Source of the DNA: Octopus sinensis | Taxonomy: Eukaryota | Reading direction: 5' to 3' | Assembly (NCBI RefSeq): GCF_006345805.1 | Contig: NC_043026.1 | Location: forward strand, 12,937,579 to 13,001,578 | Length of the DNA stretch: 64,000 bases | Part shown: in pieces, positions 12,449-23,727 of the stretch | How positions within the stretch are numbered: the stretch's first letter is position 1 | Layout of the letters: each line of letters opens with the position of its first letter | Notes under the pieces: model-generated | Databases searched by the model: none | The model's input: only the letters and a program-made list of their open reading frames with translations | Told to the model about the DNA's origin: nothing | Program-made: the position numbers and the translations under genes

Positions 12449-12845
12449 TGCAGGAGTGGCTGTGTGGTAAGTAGCTTGCTTACCAACCACATGGTTCCGG
12501 GTTCAGTCCCACTGCGTGGCACCTTGGGCAAGTGTCTTCTACTATAGCCTTGGGCCGACCAAAGCCTTGTGAGTGGATTTGGTAGACGGAGACTGAAAGA
12601 AGCCCATCGTATATATGTATATATATATATATGTGTGTGTGTGTGTTGTCCTCCTAGCATTGCTTGACAACCGATGCTGGTGTGTTTATGTCCCCGTCAC
12701 TTAGCGGTTCGGCAAAAGAGACTGATAGAATGAGTACTGGGCTTACAAAAGAATAAGTCCCGGGGTCGAGTTGCTCGATTAAAGGCGGTGCTCAAGCATG
12801 GTCGCAGTCAAATGACTGAAACAAGTAAAAGAGTAAAGAGAGAGA
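12240..12845 (+). mobile_element. SINE-A with duplicated head
   Basis: Heads at 12240 and 12447. Confidence 0.9.
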
Positions 12846-13049
12846 GAGTCCTGTTGCTTTCACAGTAAGCTCCTCATTTGAAACTGGCTATCAGTTTACA
12901 TAGCAATCAATTGTTGGGCAATGTAATATGTGTGTGCAACTGAGAACCTAGGAAGCCTGGAGAAGAAATAAATCATAAAGCCAGAAGGTGGAAGAGATGG
13001 AAATATATTTATTTTTACTTATGATTATAGCCGTATATAATATTATTTA

Positions 13050-13262
13050 TTATATAAAATCCGTTCTGTCTGTCTGTGTGTGTGTCTTCTAGGATCTCGG
13101 GCATCCTCCATCCGATTGCGCTCAAATTTGATATGTAGATATCGACGGTATCAGGGGGTGTATAAGTCTTGAAAAAATTACAAAAATCGATTCCAGGTGG
13201 GAATGTGATCGATGAAGCCGTGGGAACGTGCATTTGTACGTGCAAGTACATCAGTCGAAATC
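13050..13262 (+). mobile_element. Helitron/DINE-like 5' fragment
   Basis: tatataaaatccgttctgtctgtctgtgtg...ccgatt; an inverted homolog lies at 62610-62845. Confidence 0.6.
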
Positions 13263-13818
13263 TGTCTCAAATTTAGGTTAAATCAAAAACAATGGGAAAA
13301 ACCGTTTCGTTATAAAAAAAAAAAAAACAAAGAAAAAAAATCAATACATCAAGAAGGTGGTCGTGGGTTGTGCTAGAAACAACAGCCAAATCTCCCTTAA
13401 ATCACACACCTTTTCGTCTGAAAATACTTCCAAAATTTTTACCTTTCTTCACCGAAAAGACTTCTCCCGTGGTTTATAAATGCGTAGGGCACACAAGGAA
13501 AAAAAAAGGAAAAGATTTAGAAAGAAAGGCCAAAATCTTGGTTTCAAAGGCGTAGTAAAAGAAAATTCGGGAAATCCCGATAAAACGGAGAATACAGTTT
13601 ATGTGGGCGCCAAATATTCTCTACAGCTTCTTCATGATCTGTCGCAGTGTCCTCTTCGTGACATGTTTACACACCAGGCAGCTAAATAGAAAAAGTTATT
13701 GAAATCAGACATTACTCATTTTACCCCATCTTAGACATCATTTTTTGAAACTTGAAAATTATTAAATTAGGCGTAAGTGTGAGAAAAAATTGAGCTGGAA
13801 CCCAACAGAAAAAAAGAA

Positions 13819-14243
13819 GGCAATCTTTCGTCTCTAGTAGACCTTTCCGTCGATTTCCGTAAAAAACTTCTTTTTTTTTTACATATGGGCTTGCGGGAAC
13901 TTTTGAAGTAATGAGAGCGAAAGAGACTAAGAGAAAGCGATTGTATGACAAGGGAAGTTCTTTTGAAGTTACCGTTCAGGGGAAGCATTGATGTACATGT
14001 GTGTGTGTGTGTTTGATGGGGTGTGGGAGACAGACAGTATGTTGTGTAAGTGAAGTGCTTCTGTTAGTGTGTGTGAAGAGACAGAGAGAGTAATGTGTGA
14101 AAGAGAGAGATAACTGAAATTTTTTACTCGGTGTATGTGTATATGTATGTATATTACTTCAAAAGTTCCCGCAAGCCCATATGTAAAGAAAAATTTTTTT
14201 TACGGAAATCGACGGAAAGGTCTGCTAGAGACGAAAGATCGCC
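13819..14243 (+). mobile_element. MITE-1
   Basis: Same TIRs; TSD aaaaagaa. Confidence 0.9.
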
Positions 14244-15366
14244 AAAAAGAATATTGATTGTTAAACATAAAGAATTATCCAGATATTTCATTAGCAATTT
14301 CGATTACAATCGCAAAATGAGGAAAAATTTCCGGAAAACCATTATGTGTCACCTTTCTCTCAACTTCAACAACAACGATGCTGTCCAATTTTTTTACTCC
14401 TAAAGATGATGCACAGAACAAAACAATGATAAAGTTACCGATTCTGTCCTGTCCTGGGATCTTTTAATGCCGTTCAAATACCTATTTCTTTATTACCCAC
14501 AAGGGGCTAAACATAGAGGGGACAAACAAGGACAGACATAGGTATTAAGTCGATTACATCGACCTCAGTGCGTAACTGGTACTTACTTTATCGACCCCGA
14601 ACGGATGAAAGGTAAAGTCGACCTCGGCGGAATTTGAACTCAGAACACTTCTAATTAGTTGAGCTAATCGAATTATATCGGATCAGTCTGTTTAATAAAC
14701 AGACACGATCGAAAGCCTTTTTTCGGTAGTGTGTGTTGGCAAGAGGTGTTTAGCTGCTATTTTAGCCGGTTGAATGACCATGTGAAGACACCCTTGTTGA
14801 TACGTAATAACTATTTAGCTGGATGATATTTTTTGGCATTTTCCATGGATTAGATGCAATTAAAGATGTAAATTAATATAATTCAAGCTGATTTTCATCG
14901 AGATATAGGCGTAGGAGTGGCTATGGGGTAAGTAGCTTGCTTACCAACCACATGGTTCAGGGTTCAGTCCCACTGCGTGGCACCTTGGGCAAGTGTCTTC
15001 TACTATAGCCTCGGGCCGACCAAAGTCTTGTGAGTGGATTTGGTAGACGGAAACTGAAAGAAGCCCGTCGTATATGTATGTGTGTGTGTGTATGTATATG
15101 TGTGTGTATGTATGTGTGTGTGTGATGTATGTATGTATGCATGCATGTGTGTGTGTCTGTTTGTCCCCTCCAACATCGCTTGACAACTGATGCTGGTGTG
15201 TTTACCGGCACTTAGCGGTAACTCAGCGGTTCGGCAAAAGAGACCGATCGAATAAGTACCAGGCTTACAAAGAATAAGTCCTGGGGTCGATTTGCTCGAC
15301 TAAAGGCGGTGCTCCAGCATGGCCGCAGTCAAATGACCGAAACAAGTAAAAAGAGTAAAAGAGTAT

Positions 15367-15401
15367 ATATTATGTTGGGGACTTTTAATATATGTCACCG
15401 G
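15367..15401 (+). promoter_or_regulatory. Conserved family-B upstream motif
   Basis: atattatgttgggacttttaatatatgtcaccgg. Confidence 0.55.
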
Positions 15402-15884
15402 TCTCTTTTAAACGAGGGAAAAACTTATTGATGAACCCTCGTGTGTTTCTAATTAGTTGAGCTGATCTAATTACATAATCTGTCGTAATTACCTCGTGTT
15501 TACATCTGTGGATAAGAAAGGGTGCCCTGCATGCTTGCGGGTTGATGTTCCATCATCTTCATGATTATATATTTCATCTGATCACAGTTTTACATCGTTG
15601 ATAGGTTGACCCCTATTTTTAGGCGACCAGGGAAATGAATAACAAATCAATCACTGAACTTTCCTCACCTGTCTCCACTTTTCCTCTGGACTTTAAATCG
15701 AAAGCGCAAATTATTTGCGTCGCTATTATTTTGTATATATTGTAGCACGTTTCTACTAATTGAATTTCAGGGGAGGACCCGGTCACCAAAGAGTATTTTA
15801 ATGGTAAGTACAAAATGCTCCACCATGTAAACAGCGGATTGTAATATCGAAGACAAGAAACTGCACCACAACTATTTATCATTA

Positions 15885-18243
15885 CAAATTATCAACCATC
15901 TTACAAACAATAACTCTGAGCACCTTTTCAAACTCCACCTGTCTAACACCCGTGGACATGTTTACAAAGTCAGAAAACAGCACAGCTCCCATGACTTCAG
16001 GAAACGTTTTTTCAAGCTGAGAGTTGCTGAAGCATGGAACAAACTGCCGGCTTCAGCTGTTAGTTGTCGGAGCACTGCATCCTTCGAAATTTCCATGCTT
16101 CCTGAGATTTGCCAACACTACACCTGATCTTTCTCCCCTCCATACACACGCTGAAGCATGGAACAAACTGCCGGCATCAGTTGTTAGTTGTCGGAGTACT
16201 GCATCGTTCAAAACTTCCATGCTTTCTGAGATTCGCCAACACTACACCTGATTTTCTTCCCTCCATACACACGCTGAAGCATGGAACAAACTGCCGGCAT
16301 CAGTTGTTAGTTGTCGGAGCACTGCATCCTTCAAAACTTCCATGCTTTCTGAGATTCGCCAACACTACACCTGATTTTCTTCCCTCCATACACACGCTGA
16401 AGCATGGAACAAACTGCCGGCATCAGTTGTTAGTTGTCGGAGCACTGCATCCTTCAAAACTTCCATGCTTTCTGAGATTCGCCAACACTACACCTGATTT
16501 TCTTCCCTCCATACACACGCTGAAGCATGGAACAAACTGCCGGCATCAGTTGTTAGTTGTCGGAGCACTGCATCCTTCAAAACTTCCATGCTTTCTGAGA
16601 TTCGCCAACACTACACCTGATTTTATTCCCTCCATACACACGCTGAAGCATGGAACAAACTGCCGGCATCAGTTGTTAGTTGTCGGAGCACTGCATCCTT
16701 CAAAACTTCCATGCTTTCTGAGATTCGCCAACACTACACCTGATTTTCTTCTCTCCATACACACGCTGAAGCATGGAACAAACTGCCGGCATCAGTTGTT
16801 AGTTGTCGGAGCACTGCATCCTTCAAAACTTCCATGCTTTCTGAGATTCGCCAACACTACACCTGATTTTCTTCTCTCCATACACACGCTGAAGCATGGA
16901 ACAAACTGCCGGCATCAGTTGTTAGTTGTCGGAGCACTGCATCCTTCAAAACTTCCATGCTTTCTGAGATTCGCCAACACTACACCTGATTTTCTTCTCT
17001 CCATACACACGCTGAAGCATGGAACAAACTGCCGGCATCAGTTGTTAGTTGTCGGAGCACTGCATCCTTCAAAACTTCCATGCTTTCTGAGATTCGCCAA
17101 CACTACACCTGATTTTCTTCTCTCCACACACACGCTGAAGCATGGAACAAACTGCCGGCATCAGTTGTTAGTTGTCGGAGCACTGCATCCTTCAAAACTT
17201 CCATGCTTTCTGAGATTCGCCAACACTACACCTGATTTTCTTCCCTCCATACACACGCTGAAGCATGGAACAAACTGCCGGCATCAGTTGTTAGTTGTCG
17301 GAGCACTGCATCCTTCAAAACTTCCATGCTTTCTGAGATTCGCCAACACTACACCTGATTTTCTTCCCTCCATACACACGCTGAAGCATGGAACAAACTG
17401 CCGGCATCAGTTGTTAGTTGTCGGAGCACTGCATCCTTCAAAACTTCCATGCTTTCTGAGATTCGCCAACACTACACCTGATTTTCTTCCCTCCATACAC
17501 ACGCTGAAGCATGGAACAAACTGCCGGCATCAGTTGTTAGTTGTCGGAGCACTGCATCCTTCAAAACTTCCATGCTTTCTGAGATTCGCCAACACTACAC
17601 CTGATTTTCTTCCCTCCATACACACGCTGAAGCATGGAACAAACTGCCGGCATCAGTTGTTAGTTGTCGGAGCACTGCATCCTTCAAAACTTCCATGCTT
17701 TCTGAGATTCGCCAACACTACACCTGATTTTCTTCCCTCCATACACACGCTGAAGCATGGAACAAACTGCCGGCATCAGTTGTTAGTTGTCGGAGCACTG
17801 CATCCTTCAAAACTTCCATGCTTTCTGAGATTCGCCAACACTACACCTGATTTTATTCCCTCCATACACACGCTGAAGCATGGAACAAACTGCCGGCATC
17901 AGTTGTTAGTTGTCGGAGCACTGCATCCTTCAAAACTTCCATGCTTTCTGAGATTCGCCAACACTACACCTGATTTTCTTCCCTCCATACACACGCTGAA
18001 GCATGGAACAAACTGCCGGCATCAGTTGTTAGTTGTCGGAGCACTGCATCCTTCAAAACTTCCATGCTTCCTGAGATTCGCCAACACTACACTTGATTTT
18101 CTCCCCTCCATACACACACAAACATGTATCTGACTCATACACTGTTCCCTTCTCAGACATTTCTACATTACTGCATATACTTTATACGCACTTTTTGACA
18201 AGTTGTGGTGCACCTGAGCACTGTATACAATAATTTCATTATT
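15885..18243 (+). mobile_element. 5'-truncated CR1/L2-type LINE 3' end, host of the array
   Basis: C-terminal RVAEAWNKLP motif; the tail gtgcacctgagcactgtatacaataatttcattatt matches 26527-26830. Confidence 0.85.
16026..18117 (+). repeat. Minisatellite, 17 x 123 bp, derived from a CR1/L2-type LINE 3' end
   Basis: Unit starts at 16150, 16273, 16396 ... 17995. The unit encodes AEAWNKLPASVVSCRSTASFKTSMLSEIRQHYT* plus the start of the 3'UTR. Confidence 0.95.
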
Positions 18244-18284
18244 TAAATGTTTGTCAGCTTGCAGGCAATTCCTGGTAATTTAAT

Positions 18285-19595
18285 ATGATGGACATTAATC
18301 AATGGGACGCTTGTAACACAATTGGTTTTAACAATACAAATACAATTGAAGAGCCAGAGGATGAAGATTTTTTATGGAATGAAACATTTCTTAAGGAAAG
18401 ATCGTTATGTGGAAATGTTCCTGAATATGGCTGTGAGATTTGCGGACAAGCATTCTCTTCAAAACATGATGTCTATACACACAAAATAATACACAACAGG
18501 GAAAAACCTTATTATTGTAAAATATGTGGGAAATATTTTGTTTCTGACAGGGATTTAGTAAAACATAGACGGTCACACCCTGGAGAAAAGCCGTATGAAT
18601 GTGAAATTTGTGAGAAGTCCTTCTCCCTTAATTCCGTTCTTCTTATCCACAAACGTATCCATACCGGAGAAAAACCTTTCCAATGTGAGATATGTGGGAG
18701 AGCATTTTCTCTCAGATCTGTTCTTCTTGACCATAAACGTAGTCATGCTGGAGACAGGCCCTATAACTGTGAAGCAGGTGGGGAGTCTTTTACTCCAAAA
18801 AGCCCATTAAAAACACACAACGCTTGTCAGACGGGAGAAAAACCATTTCAGTGTCAAAAGTGTGGCAAACCGCTAATTAATAATTTCCAACGTGTCATTC
18901 ATAAATGTAGTCCTACCGGAAAGAATCATTATAATTGTGATCTATGTGGAAAGTCTTTTATTACCAATGGTCTCTTAAAAGCACATGAATTAAATCACAC
19001 TGGAAAAAAAGCATTTCACTGCGAAATATGTGGGGAATGTTTCACTCAAAATTCTAGTCTTAAAGTCCATAAACGGAGTCACACTGGAGAAAAACCATTC
19101 GAGTGTGAAATGTGTGGTAAATGTTTTGTGTCTAATAGTAACATAACGAAGCACAAACGAATCCATGTTGGGGAAAAGCCATATCAATGTGAAATGTGTG
19201 GGAAATCTTTCTGTCAAAACCCTCAGCTTCGAATCCACAAGCGTATTCATACTGGAGAGAAGCCCTCTCAATGTGAAATGTGTGGGAAATCTTTCTGTCA
19301 AAACCCTCAGCTTCGAATCCACAAGCGTATTCATACTGGAGAGAAGCCCTCTCAGTGTGAAATGTGTGGGAAATCTTTCTGTCAAAACCCTCAGCTTCGA
19401 ATCCACAAGCGTATTCATACTGGAGAGAAGCCCTCTCAGTGTGAAATGTGTGGGAAATCTTTCTGTCAAAACCCTCAGCTTCGAATCCACAAGCGTATTC
19501 ATACTGGAGAGAAGCCCTCTCAGTGTGAAATGTGTGAGAAATCGTTTATCACTAAAAGTCTTTTTAAAACGCAGATGGGAATTGTTTCAGTGTGA
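18285..19595 (+). CDS. C2H2 zinc-finger protein, family B, 3'-truncated (13 finger positions, 2 degenerate)
   Basis: ATG at 18285 and acidic leader. Fingers 5 and 6 lack ligands (CEAG..HNACQ; HKCSP). Four identical fingers follow, then a frameshift inside finger 14. Confidence 0.7.
   Translation: MMDINQWDACNTIGFNNTNTIEEPEDEDFLWNETFLKERSLCGNVPEYGCEICGQAFSSKHDVYTHKIIHNREKPYYCKICGKYFVSDRDLVKHRRSHPGEKPYECEICEKSFSLNSVLLIHKRIHTGEKPFQCEICGRAFSLRSVLLDHKRSHAGDRPYNCEAGGESFTPKSPLKTHNACQTGEKPFQCQKCGKPLINNFQRVIHKCSPTGKNHYNCDLCGKSFITNGLLKAHELNHTGKKAFHCEICGECFTQNSSLKVHKRSHTGEKPFECEMCGKCFVSNSNITKHKRIHVGEKPYQCEMCGKSFCQNPQLRIHKRIHTGEKPSQCEMCGKSFCQNPQLRIHKRIHTGEKPSQCEMCGKSFCQNPQLRIHKRIHTGEKPSQCEMCGKSFCQNPQLRIHKRIHTGEKPSQCEMCEKSFITKSLFKTQMGIVSV
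19185..19520 (+). repeat. 4 x 84-bp zinc-finger unit
   Basis: Starts at 19185, 19269, 19353 and 19437. Confidence 0.95.
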
Positions 19596-20312
19596 AATCT
19601 GTGGAAAGGCTTTTAGCAAGAATTCCAGTCTTGTCGTTCACAAACGTTGCCACACTGGAGAGAAACCATTCCATTGTAAAATACGCGGGAAATGTTTTGT
19701 GTCAAACAGTAACTTAACAAAGTGGAGGCGCAATGGCCCAGTGGTTAGGACAGCGGACTCGCGGTCATAGGATCACGGTTTCGATTCCCAGACCGGGCGT
19801 TGTGAGTGTTTATTGAGCGAAAACACCTAAAGCTCCACGAGGCTCTGGCAGGGGATGGTGGTGATCCCTGCTGTACTCTTTCACCACAACTTTCATTCTT
19901 TCTTCCTGTTTCTGTTGTACCTGTATTTCAAGGGGCCGGCCTTGTCACTCTCTGTGTCACGCTGAATATCCCCGAGAACTACGTTAAGGGTACATGTGTC
20001 TGTGGAGTGCTCAGCCACTTACACGTTAATTTCACGAGCAGGCTGTTCCGTTGATTCGGATCAACCGGAACCCTCGACGGAGTGCTTCCATCCAACTTAA
20101 CAAAGCATAAGAGAGTCCATGCTGGGGAAAAACCATTTCAATGTGAAATATGCAGGAAATCATTCACTATGAACTGTAATCTTGTGGTCCATAAATGTAG
20201 TCACACTGGAGAAAGATCTTATCCTTGTGAAATCTGCAGGAAATCTTTTGTTTCTAGCAGTGACTTAACCAAGCACAAACGATTACACGTTGAAAGGAAC
20301 TCACTCCAATAA
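19560..20312 (+). pseudogene. Decayed 3' fingers of the 18285 gene
   Basis: Out-of-frame fingers [21 protein letters not shown] and [21 protein letters not shown] (split by a SINE), then two more fingers ending ERNSLQ*. Confidence 0.8.
19723..20093 (+). mobile_element. SINE-B, tail a, inserted in a finger-coding exon
   Basis: TSD aacttaacaaag at 19711 and 20094. Confidence 0.95.
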
Positions 20313-20399
20313 CGATATATTTGTAAAATGATTGATTAATGATTTTCATTTTGTTATTCCCATGAATAGTCACACAGGAGAAAAGGCTCACTATGATAT

Positions 20400-20580
20400 C
20401 TAGGGAGAGTTTATGAAAAAAACAAAAAACGAAGACAAGTGGTGTACAAAACAAACAGGTGTATTAGTATAACGCTCAGGAATAGAAAAAGTCTTTTATG
20501 TTTCGAGCCTACGCTCTTCTACAGAAAGGGACACAGAGAAAACAAGGAGAGAAAAAAATGTGTGTAGTGGCTAACGATCT

Positions 20581-20619
<39 letters not shown>

Positions 20620-20800
20620 AGAGTTTATGAAAAAAACAAAAGACGAAGACAGGTGGTGTACAAAACAAACAGATGTATTAGTATAACGCTCAGGAATAGA
20701 AAAAGTCTTTTACGTTTCGAGCCTATGCTCTTTTACAGAAAGGGACACAGAGAAAACAAGGAGAGAAAAAATGTGTGTAGTGGCTAACGATCTATCATGA
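20400..20800. repeat. Direct duplication of a repeat of about 185 bp separated by (TA)n
   Basis: Copies at 20400-20585 and 20616-20800, both starting agggagagtttatg. Confidence 0.9.
20493..20742 (-). ncRNA. Two tandem hammerhead-like motifs with a non-canonical core
   Basis: Reverse complements: cttt CTGTAGA a GAGC gtag GCTC GAAAC ATA aaag (20493-20528) and cttt CTGTAAA a GAGC atag GCTC GAAAC GTA aaag (20707-20742). Confidence 0.3.
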
Positions 20801-21213
20801 CACTATGATATACGTGGACTTTTTATCACCTGCTTGGCAGGCAGTCTCTTAAAAAAGACAAAGATTGGAAGGAATTTTTGTTAAGTGTGAAACATGAGAA
20901 ATTCTTCTACAGACTCAAATTTTGTTGTTCAACAATTACACACAAGCAGTAACCCTGTGAATATATATAATAATAATAATAATAACAATAATCCATGCAT
21001 AGAATTAATAAATATTTTAATGCATCGCTATGCGCGTTTCTGCATATCACATGTCTTACAATCATTTTCCGTATTCCTGGGATAATCACAGTGAAGTCCA
21101 GCATCCACGGACATCAGGCCGATCATCTTCAGGTGTTCATTCCTTCCGGAGATATCCATTTTCAAAAACGTTTTCTGTAAACAAACTTAAAGCTTATATA
21201 CATATATATTTTA

Positions 21214-21727
21214 ATCAAATCAAATCAAATCAAACCAAATCAAAATAGATGAACATCAATGGAATTTGTATCCTTGTGGTACCAGTGCCGGTGGCACATA
21301 AGAAAACCATCCGAACGTGGCCGTAGCCAGTACCGCATCGACTGCCCTCCGTGCTGTGGGCACATAAAAAACACCATCCGATCGTGGCTGTCTGCCAGCC
21401 TCGTCTGGCACCTGTGTCGGTGGCACATAAAAAACACCATCCGAGCGTGACCGTCTGCCAGCCTCGTCTGGCACCTGTGTCGGTGGCACATAAAAAACAC
21501 CATCCGATCGTGGCCGTCTGCCAGCCTCGTCTGGCACCTGTGTCGGTGGCACATAAAATCACCCACTACACTCTCGGAGTGGTTGGCGTTAGGAAGGGCA
21601 TCCAGCTGTAGAAACACTGCCAGATCTGACTGGCCTGGTGCAGCCTTCGAGCTTGCCAGACCCCAGTTGAACCGTCCAACCCATGCTAGCATGGAAAGCG
21701 AACGTTAAACGATGATGATGATGATGA
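21214..21727 (+). mobile_element. (GAT)n-tailed retroposon with internal 63-bp tandem units
   Basis: Units at 21420, 21483 and 21546; 3' module aggaagggcatccagc...cgttaaacgatgatg. Other copies at 31610-31900, 34518-34905, 37950-38218, 46918-47210 and 50575-50920. Confidence 0.85.
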
Positions 21728-21864
21728 TATATAGCAGAAGCAACTAAGTGACTAACGGTCCAAGAGTTTTGTGCATTGGCAGTTATCCTAATAAAAATAT
21801 ACATATACTCATAGTTTGAGTTCTATCTTTCTTGTTTTCACCAAGATATATATATATATATATA

Positions 21865-22112
21865 CGTATTTCAAAATAGAAAATTACCCTTTAACAGGTA
21901 ATTTTTACATGCTAGAAATAGCAGCCAAACACCACAATTTTATAGCAAATTTCGAAGTACATGAAAAATAAAAACGTTTACCTTGTTAAAGGTTTTTATT
22001 TTTCATGTACTTCGAAATTTGCTATAAAATTGTGGTTTTTGGCCGTGTTTGGCTGCTATTTCTGGCATGTAAAAATTACCTGTTAAAGGGTAATTTTCTA
22101 TTTTGAAACACG
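21865..22112. repeat. Fold-back of about 245 bp
   Basis: tttcaaaatagaaaattaccc...gggtaattttctattttgaaa. Confidence 0.88.
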
Positions 22113-22659
22113 AATATGTTGTCTATTGACTTTTTATACATGCTGGGCCACTGGTGGTGATATTTATAATGAGTATTCGCCACCCTATATATATATATAT
22201 ATATACTCTTTTGACTGCAGCCATGCTGGAGCACAACCTTTAGTCGATCAAATCGACCCCAGGACTTATTCTATTGGCCTCTTATGCCGAATCGCTAAGT
22301 TATGGGGACGTAAACACACCACCATCGGTTGTCAACCAATGTTGGGGTGACAAAGACACACAAACGTATACACACATACATACATATATATATAACACAC
22401 AACTTTATATACTGTATTTTAACATTTATAAGGAACCCCCTAATTTGGAGGGGGGGGGGCATAAAATTTGGTAAAAATGTTTTGTAAGGGATTATAATAT
22501 TATCCATGTATAAGAAACTCCCATATTTTTTTTAAACCTAATTTTTGACAAAAAAGGGTTCCTTCTACACGTTAAAATATGGTATATATCTTATGGTAAT
22601 AAAGAAGATTTTTGTTTTAAATTTTATTTATTGATATCATAACAAATGTTACAGAGATA

Positions 22660-23228
22660 TTTTTACAGATCTCCGAGAATATATTTCTCAGTTATTCACC
22701 CAGAATATCAAGTACAGCGACAATATCTTTCCTATATCCTGAAAATATTGTATATTGGATATTTATGAGAATGATTTTTATTCAAAATATTACAATAATA
22801 TGTTATTTCACCAATGTTGATATAAAATATCGTGACTGCAGCTTGTTATCACACTGCTCGTATCTTCTTTCTCACGGGGAATACATTTATGGTTATACAA
22901 GTTATTTCTGAAACAGAATGAATTTTAACAAGCAGCTTGTGTCCAAGTAACCTTTTATGTCCCACATAAAAGGTTACTAAAAGGGGTGGCATAAGGAAGG
23001 GCTTCTGGCTGTAAAACAACTCCTCAAACAACCAACCATGAGGGATATAATTATTGCCAAAGGTTCATGGATTATTGTAAAGTCCACAAAGATAATTCAG
23101 GATTTAGCAGGGAAAATCATTTGAAAGTGTTCCTTGTTTGTTGTAAAGAAATTTCACAATGATAAAGTCATACTTTTGTATGGATAGATACATGTTTAGT
23201 TGAGTGGAGTTTGTGAGAGAATGATTTA
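22660..23228 (-). repeat. Inverted copy of the 7979-gene 3'UTR (about 9689-10250)
   Basis: The reverse complement starts taaatcattctctcacaaac; ORF 22849-23031 differs from 9887-10069 by one residue. Confidence 0.88.
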
Positions 23229-23727
23229 TACATGTTATTTCTTAAATGGAATGAATTTTAACCAACAGATTGTGTCCAGGTAAGCTACATGCATCCCAGG
23301 TAACTGGTTACTAAAAGGGTTGGCATCAAGAAGGTCATCAGGCTGCAAAACACTTTCTCCAAAAAAGGAACATTGATGAGTTATCATTTATCAATTATTG
23401 CCATGGCTTCATGGATTTCTGGTAAATTCACAAGGCTCAACCGTGCTTTAGCATGGGAAATGGTTTTAAAATATATTTCTATACTACACACAAGGGGCTA
23501 AACACAGAGGGGACAGACAAAGGGATTTAAGTCGATTACATCGACCCCAGTGCGTAACTGATACTTAATTTATCGACCCCGAAAGGATGAAAGGCAAAGT
23601 CGACCTCGGCGGAATTTGAACTTGGAACGTAACGACAGACGAATTACCGCAAAGCATTTCGCCCGGTTCGCTAACGTTTCTGCCTAGTTACTGACATCTG
23701 CTGTAATGAATTGTGGCAATGATTCAG

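Noticed and set aside
16109-18133. 674-aa ORF as a real gene
   Set aside because: It starts at TTG, contains no Met and is an off-frame reading of a 123-bp LINE-derived repeat; it stops before the ZNF exon.
18990-19770. Antisense and alternative-frame ORFs over the finger repeats
   Set aside because: By-products of the 84-bp periodicity; likewise 23781, 45630, 53653 and 60375.
21290-21560. CRISPR-like array (also 63484-63830 and 16026-18117)
   Set aside because: The units are contiguous tandem repeats without unique spacers, in a eukaryotic context with no cas genes.
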